A stretch of DNA of 64,000 bases from Candidatus Woesearchaeota archaeon (GTDB taxonomy: Archaea > Nanobdellota > Nanobdellia > Woesearchaeales > WAPY01): contig JBNAUL010000001.1 in assembly GCA_049700835.1 (NCBI GenBank), positions 1 through 64,000 of the forward strand, in the 5' to 3' direction. Both the position numbers and the translations under genes were made by a program. The notes under the pieces were generated by a model. It saw only the letters and a list, made by a program, of their open reading frames with translations, was not told where the DNA came from and ran no database searches. Shown here piece by piece: positions 9,096 through 19,142 of this stretch (the first letter of the stretch is position 1; every line of letters begins with the position of its first letter).

Positions 9096-11138
9096 CTAAC
9101 TGAGTAGTGCAAATCTCATAATAAGAGGCAGGAAAACCAATGCAACAATTGACATCAACTTTATCAGAATGTTCAACGAAGGCCCTGCAGTATCCTTGAA
9201 AGGATCCCCAACAGTATCTCCTACAACAGATGCTTTGTGAGCATCGCTACCTTTTCCTCCAAAGTGCCCTTCCTCAATGTATTTCTTTGCATTATCCCAA
9301 GCTCCGCCTGAATTAGCCATCAGAATTGCTAAAACAAAACCAGAACTTAAAGATCCTGCCAACAAACCAAAAACAGCTTCAACTCCAAAGATTATTCCAA
9401 CAAAAATTGGAGATATAATTGCCAATAAACTTGGAAGAATCATTTCTTTTTGAGCTGATTTTGTGCTTATGGAAACGCACCTTGCATAGTTTGGCTTGTT
9501 ATTAGTTGTTAGTAACTTCAACTCTTTGAACTGCTTCCTAACTTCTTCAACAATTTGAGAGGCTGCCCTGCCAACTGCTTTCAAAGCCATTGAACTGAAC
9601 AAGAAGGGAAGCATAGAACCGATCATCAAACCAGCAATTAAGGATGAATTTAATAAGCTTAAATTTAAATTTGGAACTAAGGTTTTTAATGTTGCAATCA
9701 AAGCAAGGGCTGTTAGTGCTGCAGAACCGATTGCAAAACCCTTTCCTGTTGCAGCAGTTGTATTTCCAAGAGAATCTAAAGCATCAGTTCTCTTCCTAAC
9801 AATATGTTTTTGATGACTCATCTCTGCAATTCCTCCTGCATTGTCAGCAACAGGACCATAAGCATCTGTTGCCAATGTTATTCCCAAGGTGCTTAGCATT
9901 CCAACAGCAGCCAAGGATATTCCATACAATCCAATATTAAAGTTATTATGGCCTCCTGCCAAATAATAACTCATTATTGTTGAGACAGCAACTATTAAAA
10001 CAGGGATAAAAGTGCTTAGCATTCCAACAGCCAAACCATCAATGATTGTTGTTGCTGCTCCTGTAAGAGAACTCCTTGCAAGTTCCTTAACATGCCTGTA
10101 TTTTGATGATGTATAGTATTCTGTTGTCAATCCTATTAAAACACCAGCAACCAAACCAATCAGCATTGCGTAGAACAAATTGAATGGAATATTTACTTGA
10201 ATCTTAAATATGATGAAGGACAAAAGCGCAACAATTAAAGCAGCAGCGATTATTCCTTTTCTGAGGGCTAACAGCAAAATGTGTTGTTCTGTTTTTTCTC
10301 CTGACCTTACAAAAAAAGTTCCGATTATTGAAGCGATTATTCCGCAGCCAGCGATTCCTAATGGCAACAAAACAGCAGTTGAATTTTTAAAAGCAACAAA
10401 ACCCAAAATCATTGCTGCTATAATGCTTCCCACATAACTTTCGTACAAATCAGCCCCCATTCCAGCAACATCTCCAACATTATCCCCAACATTGTCAGCA
10501 ATGACAGCAGGGTTTCTTGGATCATCCTCTGGAATTCCTGATTCTACCTTTCCAACCAAATCAGCGCCAACATCTGCTGCCTTTGTAAATATTCCGCCGC
10601 CAACCCTTGCAAACAAAGCAACAGAACTTGCTCCCATGCTAAAAGCCAAAAGAGCAGAAGCAGCGTCTCCTAAATTTCCAAATATGTTTGTTAGATAACC
10701 AAAACTCAATGTTATTGCAAACAATGCTAAACCAACAACGCTTAAACCCATAACAGCTCCGCTTGAAAAAGCAACCCTCAATGCCTTGTTTAAACTTGTG
10801 ATTGCAGCATTTGTTGTTCTAACATTAGCCCTTGTTGCTATGCTCATTCCAATAAAGCCCGTAAGTGCTGAGAAAAACCCTCCTAATAAGAATAGAAATG
10901 GGGCTGCAGGACTCATCAATTTATAATAAGATAATAAAAGCATTATAAAAAACATTATTGTAAAGAAGATTGAAATGATAACGTATTGCCTTTTAAGATA
11001 AGCATGTGCTCCTTCCCTTATTGCCTTGGATATTTCCTTCATCCTTTCATTTCCTTCTTCTTGCGTCAAGACAAAATATGCTAAGTATATTGCTAATCCC
11101 AAAGCGCACATAGAAGAGATCAGCGCAAACCAAAACAT
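9096..11138 (-). CDS. hppA: Membrane-bound pyrophosphatase, K+-dependent, probably Na+-translocating
   Basis: [40 protein letters not shown] (Ala form = K+-dependent), [17 protein letters not shown]. Confidence 0.96.
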   Translation of the reverse strand: MFWFALISSMCALGLAIYLAYFVLTQEEGNERMKEISKAIREGAHAYLKRQYVIISIFFTIMFFIMLLLSYYKLMSPAAPFLFLLGGFFSALTGFIGMSIATRANVRTTNAAITSLNKALRVAFSSGAVMGLSVVGLALFAITLSFGYLTNIFGNLGDAASALLAFSMGASSVALFARVGGGIFTKAADVGADLVGKVESGIPEDDPRNPAVIADNVGDNVGDVAGMGADLYESYVGSIIAAMILGFVAFKNSTAVLLPLGIAGCGIIASIIGTFFVRSGEKTEQHILLLALRKGIIAAALIVALLSFIIFKIQVNIPFNLFYAMLIGLVAGVLIGLTTEYYTSSKYRHVKELARSSLTGAATTIIDGLAVGMLSTFIPVLIVAVSTIMSYYLAGGHNNFNIGLYGISLAAVGMLSTLGITLATDAYGPVADNAGGIAEMSHQKHIVRKRTDALDSLGNTTAATGKGFAIGSAALTALALIATLKTLVPNLNLSLLNSSLIAGLMIGSMLPFLFSSMALKAVGRAASQIVEEVRKQFKELKLLTTNNKPNYARCVSISTKSAQKEMILPSLLAIISPIFVGIIFGVEAVFGLLAGSLSSGFVLAILMANSGGAWDNAKKYIEEGHFGGKGSDAHKASVVGDTVGDPFKDTAGPSLNILIKLMSIVALVFLPLIMRFALLS

Positions 11139-11299
11139 TTCAACCCACCTCCAATTTTTTTATTGTTTTTTGTTTTTATTAGTAGGCAAAAAATAAATGA
11201 ATGAATATTTAAATATTACGGAACACTATAAAGTATTACAAAAATAAAGAAAAGAGTTTTTGATAAAAAATTCCTAATAAAATGATGAATTAAAATGAT

Positions 11300-11645
11300 G
11301 AATTATTTTTTTGGATTCATAAATTTGTTTTCTAATAATATCTATAACTTCACCCAAGTTTTTCCTTTCTTTGCTGATTTTAAAATCGCATGCATAGAAT
11401 TCAACAAATTCTTTTCTTGAGACATAAGTTAATAATAAGGACGAAGGTTTCAAAGAGTTTAGTTAAATAAAATAAGAATTTGTTTTACATGCAAAGTTGA
11501 TAGCATAAATCTTATTTAATGGAATTTCATCGTATGTTATTTGAGTTACTAATTTTTTAAATTTTATTAAACTACGATTTGTTACGATTAACTGCTATGC
11601 TCTGCAGAGCTCTTTCTCATTTTTTAGAAGTTGTGTCTCTATTTT
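11300..11645 (-). pseudogene. Decayed small gene, PH-domain-like
   Basis: One frame reads LLKNEKELCRA*QLIVTNRSLIKFKK...YDEIPLNKIYAI...*...VIDIIRKQI, with in-frame TAG (11595-11597) and TAA (11463-11465); no start codon found. Confidence 0.4.
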
Positions 11646-11711
11646 GTAAAATAAAGTAATATAAAAATTTTTTATTAAAAATAAACGATTTATTAATAAT
11701 TTATTAATAAT

Positions 11712-12068
11712 TTAAATGTTTCGCAAGATTCTATAAGCACTGTAACCATAATGAGGTATCTTTAAATTTGGATTGTTAACTATTCCTATTTCAATGAGTT
11801 CATACTTTTGAAATTTTAATTTATCTTTTAATTCTCTTAAATAATCAAAAAAATTAAAATTGTTTTGAATTTTGTTTAATTTGGTTAAATCTAAAACAAT
11901 CATTTCTACATTTTCTTCAATTCCTTTGATTATTATTTCATTTTCCTTATTCTCAATAAGAATAATGTCTTCTATTTTAAGATTTTTATTAATTATACTG
12001 TTATACTTTTCTCTTCCTATCTCAAACAAGTCCTTATTTTCTATTTTGTCATGTTTGTGAATTTCCAT
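11712..12068 (-). CDS. Hypothetical protein (paralog of 12154..12486)
   Basis: Open frame; likely ATG at 12068 (MEIHKHDKIENKDLF); track start is 12095. Confidence 0.55.
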   Translation of the reverse strand: MEIHKHDKIENKDLFEIGREKYNSIINKNLKIEDIILIENKENEIIIKGIEENVEMIVLDLTKLNKIQNNFNFFDYLRELKDKLKFQKYELIEIGIVNNPNLKIPHYGYSAYRILRNI

Positions 12069-12153
12069 AAAAATCGCCTTCAATGGGAAAAACAATCATA
12101 AAAAACAAAGAATATTTAAGCATTTCTCTTGCAAAATTCATAAAAATAAAAAA

Positions 12154-12486
12154 TTAATAAACCTTCTTTATTATGTACGCTGTTTTTACTAAATTGTTTT
12201 TGTCGCAGCAAAAATTGTAATCTAAAAGTTTTCCTTGCTTAAGCCCTTGCTCCAAAATTCTTACTTCATTCAAATGTTTATCAATTCCATCAGGATTTTT
12301 TTGCGCATCAACATCCCTAATAATAACTTCTATTCTTGTTTTTATGTCTTGGATTCCAAGCTTATTATCTGTATTTGCTGAAACTAAAATTTCTTTGGGA
12401 TAGTTACCATAAAAATTCCTGTAAATCCTCATTGCTTCTTGGAATAAGTCTGGATTTTTTATTTTTTCATTTGTGCATTTTAGCAT
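12154..12486 (-). CDS. Hypothetical protein
   Basis: 110 aa with a strong AGGAGGTG ribosome-binding site upstream; shares KIxNxDLF with its neighbour. Confidence 0.65.
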   Translation of the reverse strand: MLKCTNEKIKNPDLFQEAMRIYRNFYGNYPKEILVSANTDNKLGIQDIKTRIEVIIRDVDAQKNPDGIDKHLNEVRILEQGLKQGKLLDYNFCCDKNNLVKTAYIIKKVY

Positions 12487-12647
12487 TCAAACACCTCCTG
12501 CATTTCATAAAGTTTAATTGCATTTTTTTTTTATTGCTTAATTTTAACTATTAATTAGTAGTTATAACTTATATTTAAATCTTTGCTTTTTGAATTTTTA
12601 ACTTTAAAACCTTAAAGCGCTTAAATTCAATGCACTAAATTCTTTTG

Positions 12648-14372
12648 CTAAATCTTGTACTGCTTCTGCTTGAAATACTTTGTATGTAAAAGCTCTTCCG
12701 ACTTCTCGCTTAAAGGCCTTTCCAGGAATTCTAAATAGATATCCTTTAATATTGGATTTTCATGGCAAAACCTTATCTTTGATTTTTTATCAATGATATA
12801 GAGCGCTTTCATTCTTTGCTTTATTATATTTTTGTTAGTCGTTAATGGTTGTCCCCCACCGCCAATACAGCCCCCTGGGCAAGCCATTACTTCTAAAAAA
12901 TCAATCTTTAATCTTCCAGATTTTATTTTCTCAAGAATTTTTCTTGCATTTCCAAGTTCATTAACGACTCCAACTCTCAATTCCTTGTTGCCAAGAGTAT
13001 AAGAAGCAATCTTCACTCCCTTAATTCCTCTTATTTCCTTATACTCTATTTTGCTTTCATCATTAATTCCTGTTAGAATAAAACTTGCTGTTCTCAAAGC
13101 AGCTTCCATAACCCCTCCTGTAGTTCCAAAGATTTGACCTGCAGAACTAGCACTCATAAAATCGTCAAAATCTTGTTCTTCAATTTTTTTTAATTCAACT
13201 CCAAACTCCCTAAGCAATTTTCCAATCTCTCTCGTTGTCAGAACAGCATCTATTGGCAATAAATTATTAACCCTTAACTCTGGTCTTAAGACCTCTAATT
13301 TTTTTGCAGTGCAGGGCATTATTGAAACAACAAATATTTTATCTGTATTAATATTATTTTTTTTAGCATAGTATGTCTTTATTAGCGCTCCCAAGATTTC
13401 ATGAGGGCTCTTTGTTGTTGACAAGTTAAGAATAAAATCTGGATAAAACTCCTCTACAAAATTAACCCATGCAGGACAACAGCTGGTAAGCATTGGAAGA
13501 GTTTTGTTGTTGTTAATTCTATCAACTAATTCTGACGCTTCTTCCATTATTGTAAAATCTGCTCCTAAACTTGTGTCAAAGACCTTGTCAAAACCAATTT
13601 GTTTTAGAGCAGAAACAAGTTTTTTTGTCATTATTGTTCCTGGCTTTAAACCAAGTTCTTCTCCAATGCTAACTCTAACAGCAGGGGCTATTTGAGCAAT
13701 AATAATCTTCTCAGGATCTTTTATTGCATCCAAAACCTTTTGTGTTTCATCCTTTTCTATTAAAGCTGCTGTTGGGCAGTGAATAACGCATTGCCCGCAA
13801 CCAACACAAGGGCTTGAAGAAATAGGAATGTCTAGGGCAGTGCTTACAATGGTACTAAAACCTCTTTGCACATAATCAAAAACATTGACTGATTGCTTAT
13901 TGCAAACTTGAATGCATCTTCCGCACAAAATGCACTTTTCAAAATCCTTTACTATTGCATTAGAAGATTCATCTACTTCATGCTTCCTCAATTTTCCAGA
14001 GTATCTTGTTTTGTTAGTTATCTGCTCTGCTATCCTCTGCAAATCGCAGTGAAGATTTCTATAGCAATAATCGCAGTCAAGAGCATGGTTGCTTAGAATC
14101 AATTCTAGATTGTGCCTTCTGTATTCTATAACCTCTTCTGTCTCTGTATTGACCTTCATTCCTTCAGAAACAACTGTATTGCATGAAGTTGTTATCTTTC
14201 CATTAACTTCAACAACGCACAACCTGCAAGTTGCCAACGGTTCTAAGTCCTCGTGAAAACATAAGTGGGGAATGTTAAAACCGAATTCTTCAAGGGCTTT
14301 CAACAAAAACTTTTCTTTTGTAAAATACTCCTTTCCATTGACAATGATTTTTTTTGCTTTTGTTTTTGGCAT
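12648..14372 (-). CDS. hydA: Group A [FeFe]-hydrogenase catalytic subunit (HydA/HndD-like)
   Basis: H-cluster motifs TSCCPAW, MPCTAKKLE and EVMACPGGCIGGGGQP; N-terminal [2Fe-2S], His-ligated [4Fe-4S] (HALDCDYC..NLHC) and 2x[4Fe-4S]. Likely start ATG 14372 (track 14399). Confidence 0.96.
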   Translation of the reverse strand: MPKTKAKKIIVNGKEYFTKEKFLLKALEEFGFNIPHLCFHEDLEPLATCRLCVVEVNGKITTSCNTVVSEGMKVNTETEEVIEYRRHNLELILSNHALDCDYCYRNLHCDLQRIAEQITNKTRYSGKLRKHEVDESSNAIVKDFEKCILCGRCIQVCNKQSVNVFDYVQRGFSTIVSTALDIPISSSPCVGCGQCVIHCPTAALIEKDETQKVLDAIKDPEKIIIAQIAPAVRVSIGEELGLKPGTIMTKKLVSALKQIGFDKVFDTSLGADFTIMEEASELVDRINNNKTLPMLTSCCPAWVNFVEEFYPDFILNLSTTKSPHEILGALIKTYYAKKNNINTDKIFVVSIMPCTAKKLEVLRPELRVNNLLPIDAVLTTREIGKLLREFGVELKKIEEQDFDDFMSASSAGQIFGTTGGVMEAALRTASFILTGINDESKIEYKEIRGIKGVKIASYTLGNKELRVGVVNELGNARKILEKIKSGRLKIDFLEVMACPGGCIGGGGQPLTTNKNIIKQRMKALYIIDKKSKIRFCHENPILKDIYLEFLERPLSEKSEELLHTKYFKQKQYKI

Positions 14373-14376
14373 TCTC

Positions 14377-16137
14377 TCACTTAATCTCTTTCTTCTCAAT
14401 CGCTTTTATAGGACAGGAATTATAGCACATTCCGCACTTAATGCATAAATCTTGATTTATATTGTGAATTTCTCTTGGCTTTCCACTGATTGCTTTTTTA
14501 GGACAAACCTCAAAGCAGATGTGGCAACCAGTGCATTTTTCCTCGTTGATAAAATAATAAAACTTCTTCTGCTCATCGCTAATCTTTTCTTCGTAATCAT
14601 TGAAAAAATGTTTTAAAGATGAAAGCACCAGGTTAGGAGCTGTTTGCCCTAAACCGCAGAGAGATGTTTGTTTTATTGTTATTGCAAGAATGTTCAGATT
14701 TGTCAAGTCGTTAAAATCAGCATTCTTATTGACAATCTTTTCAAGAATTTCAAGCATTCTCATTGTTCCTTCTCTGCAAGGAACACATTGACCGCAACTC
14801 TCGCTCACAATAAACTTCATTCCATAGTAAACTTGCTTTACAATATCCTTTTCCTTGTTCAGCAGAACCATACTTCCAGAACCAATGATAGCATCAACAT
14901 TTTTCACACTATCATAATCAAGTTCTAAATCAACGTTTTCCTTGCTTAGAAACCCTCCTGAAGGCCCTCCAAGCTGCAGTGCTTTAAAATCCTCTTCCTT
15001 TACCCCTGCAATCTTGATTATTGTTGAGAGTTTTGTGCCAAAAGGAATTTCTATGTAGCCTGTTCTCTCTGCATCTCCGCTCAATGAAAACATCTTTGTC
15101 CCAGAGGAATTTTTAGAACCAAAACTCTTGTACCAAGAAGAGCCCTTGTTGATTATTATTGGGATGGTTGCAAGCGTTTCTACATTGTTGATGTTTGTCG
15201 GTTTATTCCATAATCCTCTTTCAGCAGGATAAGGAGGTCTTGGTCTTGGCCTTCCTGGCAAACCTTGAATTGAGTTTATAAGAGCAGTTTCTTCTCCGCA
15301 AACAAAAGCACCAGCCCCTAATCTTAACTCAATATCAACTGAAAAATTACTTGCTAAAATATTCTTTCCTAAAAATCCTTTTTTCCTTGCTTGTTTTAGA
15401 GCAATCTTTAGTCTCTTAACCGCTAAAGGATACTCCATTCTTGTATAAATAAAAGCCTTTTTAACTTTTAATGCATAAGAAGCGATTAGAATTCCTTCTA
15501 TCAAAAGGTGTGGATTGCTTTCAACCAAAACCCTGTTCATGAACGCACCAGGATCACCCTCATCAAAATTGCAAATTAGATACTTTGTTTTTTGTTTTGA
15601 CTTTGACAGGAACTCCCATTTTAATCCTGTTAGAAAACCAGCACCACCTCTTCCCCTAATTCCAGAGTTTTTAACTTCTAAAATAATATCTTCTGGTTCC
15701 ATTGAAAGCGCTTTTTTAAGAGCAGAATATCCTCCAATCTTTATATAGTCATTTATGTCTTCTGGGTCTATTAAACCGCAATGCTCAGAAACAATTTTTG
15801 TTTGGTAAACATAAAACTCATGCTCGTTAATTTCCTTAACATCAAAAATTTTTTTTCCATCATTCCTGCAAGCAAAAATCTTAGTATTCTGCTTGTCATT
15901 GATAATAGAATCAAGGATTGAAGAAACATCTTCTGGTTTAACCTTTGAGAAAATGAGTGTTGCAAAATCATCTTTTTTAATTTCAACAATCGGTTCTTGA
16001 TAACAAAAACCAATACAGCCAACCCTCTTTAATAAAAAGCCTTTTCTGTTCTTAATCTGTTCTTTGAATTCTTCATAAACTTTGAGAGCTCCTGCAGATA
16101 TTCCGCAAGAAGCTAAACCAACACTTATTTCAATCAT
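14377..16137 (-). CDS. hydB: NuoF-like diaphorase subunit of [FeFe]-hydrogenase (HydB)
   Basis: RGRGGAGF, DEGDPGAFMNR, GAFVCGEET, GGPSGG, ESCGQCVPCREG...SLCGLG; C-terminal 2x[4Fe-4S]; N-terminal thioredoxin-like domain. Confidence 0.93.
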   Translation of the reverse strand: MIEISVGLASCGISAGALKVYEEFKEQIKNRKGFLLKRVGCIGFCYQEPIVEIKKDDFATLIFSKVKPEDVSSILDSIINDKQNTKIFACRNDGKKIFDVKEINEHEFYVYQTKIVSEHCGLIDPEDINDYIKIGGYSALKKALSMEPEDIILEVKNSGIRGRGGAGFLTGLKWEFLSKSKQKTKYLICNFDEGDPGAFMNRVLVESNPHLLIEGILIASYALKVKKAFIYTRMEYPLAVKRLKIALKQARKKGFLGKNILASNFSVDIELRLGAGAFVCGEETALINSIQGLPGRPRPRPPYPAERGLWNKPTNINNVETLATIPIIINKGSSWYKSFGSKNSSGTKMFSLSGDAERTGYIEIPFGTKLSTIIKIAGVKEEDFKALQLGGPSGGFLSKENVDLELDYDSVKNVDAIIGSGSMVLLNKEKDIVKQVYYGMKFIVSESCGQCVPCREGTMRMLEILEKIVNKNADFNDLTNLNILAITIKQTSLCGLGQTAPNLVLSSLKHFFNDYEEKISDEQKKFYYFINEEKCTGCHICFEVCPKKAISGKPREIHNINQDLCIKCGMCYNSCPIKAIEKKEIK

Positions 16138-16642
16138 TTTTATTTTCTCTCCTTATCCGCTCAACAGTATTTTTTATAATTTCCTGATTTATCTTTGAGA
16201 TTAGAACTCCATCAACTTCCATAAGAGGCGCTAAACTGCAAGCGCCAAAACAATTAACTGTTTCTAATGTTATAAGCCCGTCCTTAGTTGTTTCTCCTGG
16301 CTCAACATTCAACAATGATTTTATGAAATCAAGATTGTCATAATTCTTTTTAACATAGCATGCTGTTCCTAAGCATAATCTTATCAAATGCTTGCCCCTC
16401 TTCTTTGTTTTTAGTTCATTATAAAATGTAACTGCAGAATAAACCTTGCTAAGAGGAACCTTTAGTTCAGAGCTTATTAACAACATTGATTTTTCAGGAA
16501 TAAAATTAAACTTTTCCTGCAATTCTTCAAGAATCATCAATAAAGGAGTTTTAAATTTCTTATGCTTCTTTATGATTTTAAGAGTTTCTTGAGTTAATTT
16601 CTCATCATTAAATTCCTCAGCTTGTTTGTGTGCTTCCTGCAT
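16130..16642 (-). CDS. hydC: NuoE-like [2Fe-2S] subunit (HydC)
   Basis: VTFY, CLGTAC...CFGACSLAP. Confidence 0.93.
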   Translation of the reverse strand: MQEAHKQAEEFNDEKLTQETLKIIKKHKKFKTPLLMILEELQEKFNFIPEKSMLLISSELKVPLSKVYSAVTFYNELKTKKRGKHLIRLCLGTACYVKKNYDNLDFIKSLLNVEPGETTKDGLITLETVNCFGACSLAPLMEVDGVLISKINQEIIKNTVERIRRENKND

Positions 16643-16644
16643 GA

Positions 16645-17259
16645 CTAAACCCTTTTTACAAGCTTAAAATTCTTCCTTCTTAAAAATGCTGTTGGATAAA
16701 TAATCATTAAAGCAGCAAGTGCTGTTAACAGTTGATTAATTCCAAATGTTGTTAAAAATAGTTTTGGGACAAAACCGAGTTTGAACATTAAAAGCGCAGA
16801 AGCATAAAGAAATAAAAATTTTAGAAGTGAAGAGATTGCTCCTACAAAAAGAACATTGAGTTTAAACTTAAAATGAAGCAGTTTAGTAACAAAAACAAGA
16901 ATAGAGTTTCCAATCCAAATAAAAGGTATCATGTATACTAAAAATATTGTGAAAGGACCAAATAGAATATTTCTTGAGAGTGCGCCTAAGGAAGGCATTA
17001 GTATTGCTGGCATTGATTTTTTAAAATCAAGATAAAGGGATGCTTCAAACAAGAGCATGTTAACAACAACCCCAACCAAGAATTGCGGATGCCCAAGAAT
17101 AAATGGAATTAAAAATGATGCAGAAGATATTAAGAAAAATGAGAAAACATCATAAAACTTGTTAAAATAGTAGCAATTAAAGTAGTTAATATTGTTTTGG
17201 TCTTCAAAAGAGCAAAAAGCAAGGTTATCCTTAAAATCTTGATTTTTCTTTTCTTTCAT
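16645..17259 (-). CDS. Multi-pass membrane protein, ECF S-component-like, first gene of hydrogenase operon
   Basis: About 6 TM segments; HPQFLVGVVVNMLL, PFIWIGN and QLLTAL motifs typical of ECF S-component-like families; 2-bp gap to hydC. GTG start at 17268 also possible. Confidence 0.6.
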   Translation of the reverse strand: MKEKKNQDFKDNLAFCSFEDQNNINYFNCYYFNKFYDVFSFFLISSASFLIPFILGHPQFLVGVVVNMLLFEASLYLDFKKSMPAILMPSLGALSRNILFGPFTIFLVYMIPFIWIGNSILVFVTKLLHFKFKLNVLFVGAISSLLKFLFLYASALLMFKLGFVPKLFLTTFGINQLLTALAALMIIYPTAFLRRKNFKLVKRV

Positions 17260-17429
17260 AAGTATCACCTCTTGTTAAAAAATTATATCAAATAAAAATC
17301 AAAATAGCGGGATTTTAAATATTTTTCTAAAAACAAAGGCAAAAGCAAGTAGAAAAGAAATAGAAAAGAAATATAAATAAAAAAAATAAATAAAAAGTTT
17401 TAAATATAAAGTTTAAAATCTTCTTTAAG

Positions 17430-18038
17430 ATGACATTTTACGCTAATGAAACAGCATCTGTAAGCAAAGATGCTAAGATAGGTGATGGAACAAAAATTTG
17501 GAACTATGCTCAAATAAGAGAGAATTCTAAGATAGGAAAAAACTGCATAATAGCGAGTTATGTTTACATTGATTTTGGAGTGAAAATTGGAAACAATGTT
17601 AAGATACAAAACAGGGTTTCTGTTTATCATGGAGTTAAAATAGAAGATGGAGTTTTCATAGGGCCACATGTTTGCTTTACAAACGATAAACTGCCAAGAG
17701 CAATAAACCCTGATGGAAGTTTGAAAACAACGGATGATTGGAAAGTAGAAGAAACGATCGTTAAAAAAGGAGCATCAATAGGTGCTCATTCTGTAATTCT
17801 TCCTGGAATAACAATCGGAGAATGGGCTATGATTGGCTCTGGAAGTGTTGTAACAAAAAACATTCCTGATCATGCACTTGCTTTTGGAAATCCTGCAAGG
17901 ATAAAGGGTTTTGTTTGCGTTTGTGGCAGAAAATTAGAGCTTGAAACCCTTGGAAACAAATTTGCTGTTATGAAGTGTTCTCACTGCAATAAAAAGTTTA
18001 ACATAAAAAAAGAGGATTATGACCTTATAGAAAAATGA
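17430..18038 (+). CDS. wbpD: Hexapeptide N-acetyltransferase, WbpD-like, with C-terminal Zn ribbon
   Basis: [45 protein letters not shown]...CSHC. Confidence 0.85.
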   Translation: MTFYANETASVSKDAKIGDGTKIWNYAQIRENSKIGKNCIIASYVYIDFGVKIGNNVKIQNRVSVYHGVKIEDGVFIGPHVCFTNDKLPRAINPDGSLKTTDDWKVEETIVKKGASIGAHSVILPGITIGEWAMIGSGSVVTKNIPDHALAFGNPARIKGFVCVCGRKLELETLGNKFAVMKCSHCNKKFNIKKEDYDLIEK

Positions 18039-19138
18039 ATTACAAAATACAGATTTCAAAACCCAACTTAGGATTAAAAGAATTAAAAGCAATAAGAGAA
18101 GTTTTTAAATCAGGAATTCTTGTTCAAGGACCAAAGGTAGAGCAGTTTGAAAAAGAATTCTCTGATTATGTTGGAACAAAGTATGGAATTGCAACCTCGA
18201 GCGGAACGACGGCGCTGCACTTAGCAGCTCTTTCTGCTGGAATAAAAGAGGGAGACGAAGTTATTGTTTCAAGTTTTACCTTTGTAGCAACAGCAAACTG
18301 CGTTTTGTATTGCAAAGCAAAACCTGTTTTTGCTGACATCAACGAAGATGATTACAACATTAACATAGATGATGTTCAAAAAAAAATAACTTCAAAAACA
18401 AGAGCAATAATCCCTGTGCATCTTTACGGGCAGTCAGCAGACATGAAAGCAATAATGGATATTGCTGAAGATAAAAATCTAATAGTAATAGAAGATGCTT
18501 GCCAAGCTCATGGTGCTGAATTCAACAAAAAGAAAGTTGGAAGTTTTGGAATAGGAGTTTTCTCATTCTATGCAACAAAGAACATAACAACAGGAGAAGG
18601 AGGAATGATAACAACAGATGATGAAAGAATTAACGAGCTTTTAAGAATGCTTAGAAGCCATGGCTCAAAACAAAGATACTATCATGAAATCTTAGGATTC
18701 AATTATAGAATGACTGATATTCAAGCAGCAATCGGGCTTGTTCAGTTAAAAAATCTTGAAAAGAACAATAAAAAGAGAATAAAAAATGCTAGAATTCTTA
18801 CAAAGGGATTAAAGAATGTTCCTGGAATAATAACTCCAAGAATAATGCCTAACAGAAAGCATGTTTTTCACCAGTACACAATAAGAATAACTCCTGAGTT
18901 TGGAATTTCAAGAGAAGAATTGATGAAAAAATTAGAAGAGAGAGGAATTCAAACAATGATTTACTATCCATTGGCAATTCACAAGCAAAAACTATACTTA
19001 GATTTAGGTTATAAAGTCAGTCTTCCAGTAACCGAAAAAATTCAAAGTGAAATCTTGAGTTTGCCTGTTCATCCGCTATTAAAAAGAGAAGACCTAAACT
19101 ATATAATACAAAGCATTGGAGAAATCTCAAAAAGGTGA
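18035..19138 (+). CDS. DegT/DnrJ/EryC1/StrS aminotransferase, WbpE-like
   Basis: [45 protein letters not shown]. Confidence 0.92.
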   Translation: MNYKIQISKPNLGLKELKAIREVFKSGILVQGPKVEQFEKEFSDYVGTKYGIATSSGTTALHLAALSAGIKEGDEVIVSSFTFVATANCVLYCKAKPVFADINEDDYNINIDDVQKKITSKTRAIIPVHLYGQSADMKAIMDIAEDKNLIVIEDACQAHGAEFNKKKVGSFGIGVFSFYATKNITTGEGGMITTDDERINELLRMLRSHGSKQRYYHEILGFNYRMTDIQAAIGLVQLKNLEKNNKKRIKNARILTKGLKNVPGIITPRIMPNRKHVFHQYTIRITPEFGISREELMKKLEERGIQTMIYYPLAIHKQKLYLDLGYKVSLPVTEKIQSEILSLPVHPLLKREDLNYIIQSIGEISKR

Positions 19139-19142
19139 TTTT

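Noticed and set aside
11300..11645. Stop-codon recoding
   Set aside because: Both TAG and TAA interrupt the frame, and all three stop codons terminate conserved genes normally elsewhere in the window.
14377..16642. Respiratory complex I nuoE/nuoF
   Set aside because: They are coupled to an H-cluster subunit, and no membrane-arm nuo genes are present.
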